From contig OZ219790.1 of NCBI GenBank assembly GCA_964291215.2, positions 1,600,001 through 1,664,000 of the forward strand: DNA of 64,000 bases, given 5' to 3'. The stretch comes from Alphaproteobacteria bacterium. Its GTDB lineage: Bacteria; Pseudomonadota; Alphaproteobacteria; MPNO01; UBA830. This document shows positions 50,686-59,990 of the stretch, one piece after another. Under the pieces are notes generated by a model. The model saw nothing but the letters and a program-made list of their open reading frames with translations, was not told the origin of the DNA and searched no databases. Positions within the stretch are counted from its first letter, which is position 1. The number at the start of each line of letters is the position of its first letter. The translations under genes were made by a program, and so were the position numbers.

Positions 50686-51979
50686 GTCGCGGTAGGAATG
50701 CGCATTGCTGCGCACCTCCCGCACAGATCCGGACTTGGACGCCAGTCCATCCGGCCTCGGGTGCTTGACGGTAAACCGCCGGTTCAGCCATGGGTAACGG
50801 ATGGGCGGCCAAGGAAGTTTGGTCATGCGCTCCAGTCGCTTCCAGTTGAAACGGTGGCGTTGGGAGCGGCGGCGTATCGCCCGCATCCACCGGCGTTGCA
50901 GCCTTTGGCGGAACGTGCACAGCCATCGGCCCGGAACGACGAAGTAGTCGAGCCAGCCTTGACAGACCCGCCGACCTCCCATATGTCGTGATGCCATCGT
51001 TTGCGGAGCACCTCCTCGATGCAGGTCCTTGCGACCCGTTTTGCGACCGAGCCTGAAGCGCCCTGCCCGGGTCTTCGTGCAGAAGTGCCTGAAGCCCGGG
51101 AAGTCGAACCCGCCCGGCGCTTCCGGCGGTTCGCCGTGGCGAACCGGCCGAACTCGACGATTGTCCGGGTGCAGGTCGAGACCAAAGCGGCCTCTCCCGA
51201 ACATCGCGAAGGTATTGCTCCGCATCCCGCTTGTACTGCAACCCGACCACGATATCGTCCCGGACAATGATCGCTTGACCATCCGGAACCTTCGGGCGCC
51301 ATGCCTTGTGAAACCACAGATCAAGCACGTAGTGCAGAAACACGTTCGCAGGGGCTGACAATGGCACCCTGAGGCGATCCAACACCGGTGTCGCTCCATG
51401 GCGCCAGCGTTCAGCCACTTGCGAATCAGCACCCGCCTGTCGCCAATGCGGTGCTCAAGGAGCATGATCAACCAATCCCTCGGGATCGTGTCGAAGAACC
51501 CACGGGCATCAACAATCCAGTTGACCTTCCGCCGTTCCACCGTGACTGCATCGAGCGCATCGTGCGCCCCGGCCGGAAACCGTAACTGAACCCGAGGAAC
51601 TCCGTCTCGTGGAGCGGTACCAGAATCGTGTCCGTCACCGCCCGCTGCAGAATCTTGTCCTCCAGCGAGGCAAGCGGTCGTTGCCCTCCATCCTCTTTTG
51701 GTATGTATACCCGCCGCGACGGGGGCACCCGATACGCATCCCTGTGCACACGGGCGTGCAGGTCGGCCAGTTCCGCGCCTTCCGCGTACGCGTGCCACGT
51801 AACTTCGTCCACCCCCGCTGCCGCGTCCTTTCTCAAGGAGTGAAACGCAGCGTGCAGGACGTCACGTGGTGGAGCAACGTCACAAGACGCTCTTCCGGAT
51901 TCCTCTTCGCAGCTTGTCGTATGCGCCGCCTGTGACCCGCTTCTGCGCGCGGCGCGGGTCAACCGCATTGCCCTTCCCT

Positions 51980-54900
51980 ATCGCGGTAGGGAACCGGGTT
52001 ACCCCGGTCCCCCCGCACGGATCCGGACGTGCGCTGTTCGCATCCGGCTCTTCCCTCAAGTCCTGACGACAAGGCGCTGGCTTGGCCACGGGTGGCGGAT
52101 GCTGGCTCAGTGGGCAGCGATAAGGGTGTCCAAGACCCTCCAATCGGTGCGGTCCTTTTGGAAGCGTCGCCGAAGGGCACGCAGCAGTTTGCATTGGTAT
52201 ATGAACTCCCGCAGGCTGCTTCCCGGAACGGCGTAGTAGCAGCCGTTGATAACTCACCACTTGGCCGTCTTGTGCCGGTTGTCGTGCCACCGCATGCGCA
52301 AGGCCTCATTGATCCGCCGCAAGGTGCCCGTTTGCGAGACGGTTTGCGACCAACCCTGAACCTGCCTTTCCTCGTCTGCTCGCAGAAGTGCGTCATGCCG
52401 AGGAAGTCGAACGTCTTGCCCACGCTTCCGGCGGTTCGCTCTGGCAAACCGACCGAACTCGATGATTGTCCGGGTGCAGTTCAAGCGGGCCAGTCTCTCC
52501 CCAAGGTCCCAGCGCTGCGCATCACCCAGATGCTGAAAGCCGCACACGAAGTCGTCCGCATAGCGGACAATGATCGTGTCAGCCATCCGCTTGCGCCAGT
52601 GGTTCTGGAACCAGTCGTACGTAGTGCAGGTTCGCAAGGCATGGCGATACGACGCCCCGAACGCAAAAGGTAACTCTCGCCTTCGGGTCCGCCGTTGTCG
52701 GGTTTCGACGGGTCCGCGCCCGGCGAGCCCGAGATCGGGATGGAATGGCGGATAGTGATTTTGTCCTCGGTGACAAGTATCTCCTTCACGAGGAGCCGGA
52801 CGATACGCTGCCGTTCGGCGATGTCCAGAGTTTCGGCTGACGAACGCAGCCGCGCCAGAAAGCCGGTCAGAGTCTCGGCGAGCCGAAGATAAGTCTCTCG
52901 ATCCTTGGCCCGATCGACAGTGGATTGCAGTTCGCGATGCAACGCTTGTTCCTGACGGCGGAGCTCGGGCGTTCTGTTGCGCAACTCGTCGATGGTGATC
53001 AACTCCTCCTGATAGGCCGTGACGAGGCGGTCGATGGCCTTGCGGACCCAGCCGATGCCGAAGGTCGGCTGCTGGCTTGGATCGGAGACACGGGCTGCCT
53101 CCAGTCCGATCTCTGCTTTCACGAGCGCCGGATCTTCGAGCAAGCGGACCAGCCATACGATGTCATCGAGCAGATGCACGGGACGGCTGTTGCACAGCGG
53201 GCCGTTGAGATGGCGCCAGGCGTCGGAACCCAGGCAGCGGTAGTAGGAGATCTTGCGCGCAGTGGTGCGGGCCGACGTGCGATACAGCGCGTAGCCGCAT
53301 TTGCCGCACGCCCCTGCGAGACGCTGGGCGTTTTGGTCCTACGCCTGGAGAAGACCTTGTTGCGTTGCTCTTCGGCGAGGGCGAAGGTCTCTTCGCTGAC
53401 GATCGCCGGCACTGGGATCTCGATCCAGTCTTCCCGCGGCCGTTCGTGACCGGCAGTGTTGCTGTCGGCGAACCCGTCGCGGCGGCGCAGAGGCCGCACG
53501 CTGCGGCGCAACCCGGGTCTTGCACGCCCTTCCCTTGTACTCCGCAGGATCACCACCGAGCGTTCCCAGCGCCCGGAAGACGTGGGGACACTTGTTGAGT
53601 GTGCGAGCGATCGCGCCGATGCTGACGTGATCTTCGGTGTAATGGCGGTAGATCACGGACGCCTGCGGTTCGGTGATTTCGTAGAAAGCGTCGCTGTCCT
53701 GGGTTTTCTTGTGGTAGCCATAGGGTGCGCCGGCGAGGACGGCGACCTCGCCGCGCCCGATGACGCTTGCCGCGACGGGAACGCTCCAGAATCTGCGCCC
53801 GCTCGTATTCCGCGATCATTCCCTGGACGAGGAGATGGTCTTCGGGGGTTTCCATCGACGGCAGGAACACGGTCTCAACGCCGGGCCAGCTCCTCGATGA
53901 TCAGAACCTGATAGGCGGCGGCTCAAGCGATCCGGGGCATGGACCAGGACGGCGCGCCCCTCCGCGGCGAGGTCCCTGACACGCGTTCGAGAACCGCGCC
54001 GGTATAGCCGTCATCCTCGATGACCATGTCGGGCGCCACGCAGTAGCCATGGCGTGTAGGCAACCAAGGCCTGGCTGGCGATCGTGTTGCTATCCCTGCT
54101 CGCCCGAGACCCACAGGGCTGCAATCTTCATGATCGTCTCCTACGTCGTGGGTTGGGATCTTGTGGGCCGGGCACCAGGATCGCGTAGGCGTTCTGGAGC
54201 TTGGCGGCGAGCAGACGATCAAAGTCAAGGTGAACGGCGGGCCGAGAGCTTGAGCGGCGTTCAGCAATGACGACCCATGTCCGAGCGTCTCAAAGCCCGC
54301 GCGACAATCTCCCCTATCGAATCGCCGCTGCTCCTGGAATGCGCCCGCAAAGCCTCCGTGCCTGGAATCTTGATGGTGATCGGGATCACCGCCTCGGCCG
54401 GCTGGCGCACGCCTCCTGGAGGTAGCGATACGCCGTGACAAACCGAAGCGCTGAGACAGGCACCGCTTCGCTTGCCGTCACGCCTTGGGCGAGCAAGGTG
54501 TACGCGGTGCCGCTCGACCTTTTGGGATCGCGATGATCGGGCCATTTGTCATAACGATATTACCGTTTGCGTCTCAAGTCAATCAAAGGGCGGTCGCGCC
54601 AATGCACAATTTCGCGCTCAAAGCGGAAGTTACCTTTTGCGTTCGAGGCGTTACAATCGCCCCTTGCGGTGTTCCCTTGCCAGTCGGTCCCTTCCATGAC
54701 GCCGGCGTCACTTGATGATCAGACCCCCCGATCCGTTTCTCAAGCATCGCAACCAGCTGGTCGCGGTTGTCGAAGAACCCCCGGGCGTCAACGATCCAGT
54801 TGACCTTCCACCGTTCCACCGTGACGGCGCATGATGCGCCCCGTCCGGAAGCCGTAACTAAACCCGAGGAACTCCGTCTCGCGGCACCAGAATCACACCG

Positions 54901-55625
54901 CCCGCTGAAGAATCTTGTCCTCCAGCGAGGCAAGCGGTCGTTGCCCTCCATCCTCCTTGGGTATGTAGACCCTGGAGGCGCCCGGTACGCACCCCTGTGC
55001 ACACGGGCGTGCAGGTCAACCAGACGGTCTTCCAAACCCTCCGCGTACGCTTGCCACACAACGCCCCGCCGCCGCGTCCTTCCTCAAGGAATGGAACGCA
55101 TCGTGCAGAATGTCGACCGTCACGTGGTGGAGTAAAGACGCTCTTCCGGGTTCCTCTTCGCTACCTGCGTTCAGCCGCCTGTGACCCCCGCTTCTGCGCG
55201 CGGCGCGGGCCAACCGCATTGCCCTTCCCTCAAACAACTCCGCAGGCTCCGAAGAACCCTTGTTCGCCGCCTTCAACGGTACTATGGCCGAATCTGACTT
55301 CTCGTTCATCATCGGTTTACGGATTAGTTCCTTTCCTCTGCGGCCCCTCCACGACAGAGGGGCAAGACCTCCCAGGTCCCTGCTTCGGCCATGGTTCTCA
55401 GACCCCGCGGAGCCCCCGTCTGCCTCACCAATACGGCACACAGGGTGTTGCCTTCGGCCACGACCTCGGCACTCCGGTTTCACAGAATCTCGTGGCTCAA
55501 TAGCCCGGCCTGCCGCTCACCAACGCTTCGCCTCACGACGCATGGTTCACGGAGAAAGTGGTGGTTAGCCTCTCTTCCTGCCGGGACTTGCACCCGGCAA
55601 CATTCCACCAGTTAGCCTGGCGCAC
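51980..55625 (-). mobile_element. Group II intron 2 nested in intron 1 (close homolog), RT split by a recombinase element
   Basis: 5' GTGCGCCAGG at 55625; DV GAGCCGGATGCG...CGCACGTCCGG and 3' end CCTACCGCGAT at 51980; GTPQG, VRYADDF and FDFLG motifs. Confidence 0.88.
52651..54651 (-). mobile_element. Large serine recombinase element (degenerate) with terminal inverted repeats
   Basis: 24-bp IR ACGCC(C/T)CGAACGCAAAAGGTAACT; TAC direct repeats on both flanks; fragments EDDGYTG, IAEYERAQILERSRRGK, IPVPAIVSEETF, ERQRIVRLLVKEI. Confidence 0.82.
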
Positions 55626-55921
55626 CCAGCAACTCCGCAGGCTCCGAAGAACCCTTGTTCGCCGCCTTCGACGGTACCATGGCCGAATCTGACTTCTCGT
55701 TCATCATCGGGTTACGGAATAGTCCCTTTCCTCTGCGGCCCCTCTACGACAGTGGGGCAATTGAAAGACCTCCCGGGTCCCTACTTCGGCGTGTGCCATG
55801 GTTCTCGGACCCCGCGGAGCACCTGCTCGCCTCACCATCGCGGCTCGCAGGGTGTTGCCTTCGGCTTGGCGGACCATCTCGATACTCCGGTTTGACCTGA
55901 ATCTCGTGGCTCGATAGCCCG

Positions 55922-56761
55922 GTCGGGTAGGCCGCTGGCGCGCGCATCCTTAGGCGAAGGCTTTATCCGTCACCGCTCTTTCGATTGCGGGCGGGTTCGC
56001 AGAATCGCCATAGACCACGTTTCCAGCAGCCCCCCTAAAATTCCGTACGTCCGGTTTTCCCGGTTCAAGCATCAGGCACCCACTTGGAGTTCGGTGCGGA
56101 GCCTTCCCACGCCATGGTCAAGGCTGACCCAACCATACCCACGGCATCTCCGAGCGTTTGCTCCGTCCTTCGGCCTTGCAGTCTGTCGGTCGGTGCCGGT
56201 CTCTGCGTACCGGCTTGACCTGCCGCATAGGCCACCTGAGCCCTGAGGTCCTCGTTCGGGACGGGTTGTGTTGTCCCGCCCGTAAACGCTTAGGCGACCT
56301 CATCCGCCAGTCAGGAGGACTCCGCGTCCTTTCCCGTTTCCCGGTTATAGACGCGGTCCTTGACGGGTCACTTCATCCTGTCTGTCCTCCTCACCTTCCG
56401 GTCTTTCACTGCTGATCTGTCCCGGATTGCCGCCGTCTGTACCCCGGGGAACCCGATGCGTGTTCCTCCGTTCTTCCGCATCGACACTGGCCATCGGGTA
56501 GCAACCTTGGCGTTCACCGTCTATCCCACAAATCAGCTTCGTGTGGGTGGGGAATTTCGGGGCTTCCCGTTCGCTTTCGCCCTCCGGTTTGCTCGCCGCC
56601 CTGGCTGACCGAACCGGCTGGACACTGCGTTCCAGCCAGCCCACAACGGCTTCCTACGTCCCAGCTCGCTGGTCCAGGGTCGCCCCTGAACCAATGCTAC
56701 GGCGCCAAACTGAGAATTGCGGGACTTTCACCCGCAAGATCAGCAGCTAGACTCGCTGCAC
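55922..56761 (-). mobile_element. Group II intron 3 (ORF-less or ORF-deleted, 840 nt) nested in domain I of intron 1
   Basis: 5' GTGCAG at 56761; DV-like CGGACGTACGGAATTTTAGGGGGG and 3' CCTACCCGAC at 55922; flanks rejoin to GAGCGGCAGGC|CGGGCTA as in intron 2. Confidence 0.8.
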
Positions 56762-56879
56762 GCCTGCCGCTCCCCAACGCTTCGCCTCGCGACGCATGGT
56801 TCACGGAGGAAGTGGTGGTTAGCCTTTCTTCCTGCCGGGACTTTCACCCGGCGACATTCTGCCAGTTAGCCTGACGCAC

Positions 56880-57188
56880 CCACCGGATAGTCGCACCCGA
56901 ACCCGTCCAGCGCTCCCGGTCGATCCCGATAGAGCGCCGGCGCCTTGCGCTTCATCAGCGCGCCGCCTCCCGGATGCGTTTCCACATACAGACCATGCGG
57001 AGGCTGGAGCCCCGGAAGCAGCTGGCACAGCCCGCTCGTCGCCTTCGATCCAAAGTAGCCCACTGGCGGTCCCCATCGTTCTCAATGACCGTCACTAAAC
57101 GAATCGGGCTGCAGTGTCAAATCTCCACAAAAACCCGTTCGTTGCTCTACCCCGACATCAAGCCGGAACCAGGGGGGTGAACAGTTAC
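56880..57188 (-). mobile_element. IS66-B left part with a longer Dam-like adenine MTase fragment, interrupted by intron 1
   Basis: End GTAACTGTTCACCCC; GYFGSKATSGLCQ...PPH..YVETHPGGGALMKRKAPAL...FGCDYPV. Confidence 0.8.
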
Positions 57189-57245
57189 CAATCACCAAAA
57201 TAAACCTCTGCGGAGATCGTCATCACCGCACGAACGAACGCTTAC
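57189..57245 (-). mobile_element. Solo end of IS66 type A
   Basis: Homologous to 5070-5125, ending TCACCGCACGAACGAACGCTTAC. Confidence 0.8.
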
Positions 57246-57372
57246 GTCGCAATCGTGCCGACGAGAAAAGAGCCGTAGCGGCTGTGATATGCTGGCGAAC
57301 CAGCATTCCCGACTTGTCCGGCGAGCAGGCGGGGTCCCGGGGATTTCGCATCTGGGTGTTCCGGAAGTTCAC

Positions 57373-59355
57373 ATGGTTTCTCGGACGACTGATATCGACG
57401 ACGCCCTGATCCGGGGCATTGCCGCATCTGCCTTCGATACCGCAAGAGACGACGCCGAAGCGGTCTTGGCATCTGTCCTGCCGGATCTCGACGCCGTGCA
57501 ATTACGCCTCCGAATCGAGACCGTACGGAACACCAACGCCGGCGCACCACCGAGCCGCGCGTCGGAAAGGGAGTTGGCGACATTTCGCCAGCTGTTGGCC
57601 GAGCGGAAACTCGACGGCTTTCTCGTTCCGGTGGCAGACGAATATCAGGGGGAGTTCATCCCGCCCAGCGCACAACGCTTGAGATGGCTCAGCGGTTTCA
57701 GCGGATCCGCCGGGCTCGCCGTCGTCCTTGTGGACAGGGCCGCGATCTTCGTTGACGGCAGATACGAGTTGCAGGCCATTGACCAGGTCGATGCCGATAT
57801 GTTTGATTTGCATCATCTGACGCGGTCCCCGCCGCGCGACTGGCTTGCCACCCACGCCAGATCCGGCGCGCGGGTAGGCTTCGATCCGTGGATTCACACA
57901 CCAAACGGCCTCCGCGGCCTCAGCGAAGGATGCCGAAAGGCAGGCGCCGAACTTGTGCCCGCGGTGCCCAATCCCGTCGATACGGTCTGGACTGACCGTC
58001 CGCCGGAGCCAGTCGGCCCGGTGGCGCCGCACGAAATCCGCCACGCCGGCGTCAGCGCCGAGGACAAGCGCCGGCAAATTGCCCGGAAGATCGCCGGACA
58101 AGGGCACAAAGCAGCGGTGATCAGCGCGCCGCCCTCCGTCGCGTGGCTGCTCAATGTACGCGGATCAGACATCGCCAACACGCCACTCCCGCTGAGCCGG
58201 GCCATCATCTATGCCGATGGCCGCGTCGACTGGTTCATCGATCCGCGCAAGGTCGGCGATACCGTCCGCGCAGCGCTTGGTCCGAAAGTCGTGGTCCGGG
58301 CTCCGGACGGATTCGGCCAAACGCTTGACCGTCTTGGCAGTGAAGGCGCCTCCGTCCTGGCCGATCCCGCGACGACACCAGAATGGATCGTGCGGCGGCT
58401 TGCCGACGCGGGCGTTGCGTCCTCGACCAGCAGCGACCCCTGCGAGGCGGCCAAGGCGACAAAGAACCCGGTAGAGCTTGACGGCGCCCGCGCCTGCCAC
58501 ATCCGCGACGGCGCCGCGCTGTGCGAATTCCTCGCATGGCTGTCCCGAAAAGCGCCGGGCGGCGGGGTGACGGAGCTTTCGGCAGCGGAACGCCTGACAG
58601 AATTGCGGCGGCGCGATGCGACCTACAGGGGTCCGAGTTTCGACACCATATCGGGGTCGGGACCCAACGGCGCGATCGTGCACTACCGGGTGTCGGAAAG
58701 GACGGATCGGACCATTGCTGATGGCGACATGTACCTTGTCGATTCGGGCGCCCAGTATCCCGACGGCACCACCGACGTCACGCGGACCGTCTTCATCTCC
58801 GGAGATGCCGCCACACGGCCCTCCGACGAGGCCAAGGACCGCTTCACGCGGGTGCTAAAGGGCCATATAGCCATTGCCACCGCCCGGTTCCCGGAGGGCA
58901 CCACCGGCGGACGGCTCGACACCCTGGCCAGGGCCTCACTGTGGCAGGCGGGCCTCGACTACGATCACGGCACCGGCCACGGGGTCGGAAGCTATCTCGG
59001 CGTTCACGAGGGGCCCCAGCGCATTTCGTCGCGCCAGGATTCGACGGCCCTCGAGCCCGGGATGATCCTCTCCAACGAGCCCGGCTACTATCGGCCCGAC
59101 GCGTACGGCATTCGCATCGAGAATCTCGTCGTCGTGCAGAAATGGGAAGGTGGCGGAGAGGACGGCCGGAACATGCTGTGTTTCGAGACTCTCACTCTTG
59201 CACCGATCGACCGCTTCCTCATCGAATCCGCGCTGCTGACGCCCGAGGAACGGAACTGGCTGAACGGTTACCACATATGGGTACGCAAAACGCTCGCCCC
59301 AAACCTGTCGCCAACGGCAAGACACTGGCTCGAAGAAGTCACGGCCCCGATCTGA
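57373..59355 (+). CDS. pepP: Xaa-Pro aminopeptidase P (M24B)
   Basis: RLRWLSGFSGSAG, DSGAQYPDGTTDVTRT, HGTGHGVG, VHEGP, SNEPGYY and GIRIEN motifs; start may lie at 57289. Confidence 0.93.
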   Translation: MVSRTTDIDDALIRGIAASAFDTARDDAEAVLASVLPDLDAVQLRLRIETVRNTNAGAPPSRASERELATFRQLLAERKLDGFLVPVADEYQGEFIPPSAQRLRWLSGFSGSAGLAVVLVDRAAIFVDGRYELQAIDQVDADMFDLHHLTRSPPRDWLATHARSGARVGFDPWIHTPNGLRGLSEGCRKAGAELVPAVPNPVDTVWTDRPPEPVGPVAPHEIRHAGVSAEDKRRQIARKIAGQGHKAAVISAPPSVAWLLNVRGSDIANTPLPLSRAIIYADGRVDWFIDPRKVGDTVRAALGPKVVVRAPDGFGQTLDRLGSEGASVLADPATTPEWIVRRLADAGVASSTSSDPCEAAKATKNPVELDGARACHIRDGAALCEFLAWLSRKAPGGGVTELSAAERLTELRRRDATYRGPSFDTISGSGPNGAIVHYRVSERTDRTIADGDMYLVDSGAQYPDGTTDVTRTVFISGDAATRPSDEAKDRFTRVLKGHIAIATARFPEGTTGGRLDTLARASLWQAGLDYDHGTGHGVGSYLGVHEGPQRISSRQDSTALEPGMILSNEPGYYRPDAYGIRIENLVVVQKWEGGGEDGRNMLCFETLTLAPIDRFLIESALLTPEERNWLNGYHIWVRKTLAPNLSPTARHWLEEVTAPI

Positions 59356-59639
59356 TCGAGGGTTTCCGCCTGTCCTGGACCTTGGCAACCAGATTCGACC
59401 GCCTGCAGGGACCGTGTGCAGGCGGAGAATGCCGGCGGCCAGTCCATTACCTCCCGGTCCGCCCGCAAAAGCCCAGCGACCGGCTTCGTCCCGCCGGCAC
59501 GGTAGCGGCGCCATCTGATCGCGGAGCCTGCAGGACAGGTTCGTCCATACTCAATGCTGCACGTAACTGCTCACCCCCTGGTTCCGGCTTGATGTCGAGG
59601 TAGGCAACGAACGGGTTTTCGTGGAGATTTGACACTGTA

Positions 59640-59990
59640 CCCAAGTTGGCACTTTTTGCGTCAGTTGAAGGGGAAATTTATGCGCCAGCCCCGCTCCATA
59701 TAGTATATGTTGGTGCTTCATGTGCTATACTCACTGTATCTGCGGTTTCCTGCCCAAGATGGCCGGTGTAATGCTAGGATATTGCCAATTCGCTCGACCC
59801 CGCCGCCAAACCCGGTATATCTGGAGCCTCGTCAACACAAAAGCCTCCAGCCAACATGTTCATCAGGGCAACCAAAACCCACAGCACCGCAGACGGCAAA
59901 CCCGTCCGCAGCCACCGGCTCGTGCTTTCTCAACGCATCGGCGACAAGGTCAGACAGCGCACCCTGCTCAATCTCGGCACCGACTATCCG
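59640..59990 (+). mobile_element. IS1634-family left end and transposase N-terminus
   Basis: CCCAAGTTGGCAC end; MFIRATKTH...HRLVLSQRIGDKVRQRTLLNLG from 59856. Confidence 0.8.

Larger units (their letters stand above)
50686..56879 (-). mobile_element. Group II intron 1 (outer), degenerate RT at about 50790-51960
   Basis: 5' GTGCG at 56879; DV/DVI ending CCTACCGCGAC at 50686; RT fragments AAAGVD, RRVYIPK, SYGFRPGR, RGFFD, FDFPGF. Confidence 0.85.

Noticed and set aside
50790-55200. Reverse transcriptases as a retron, DGR or CRISPR-RT system
   Set aside because: Bounded by GTGCG 5' ends and domain V/VI structures of group II introns; no TR/VR pair with A-specific changes and no msr-msd seen.
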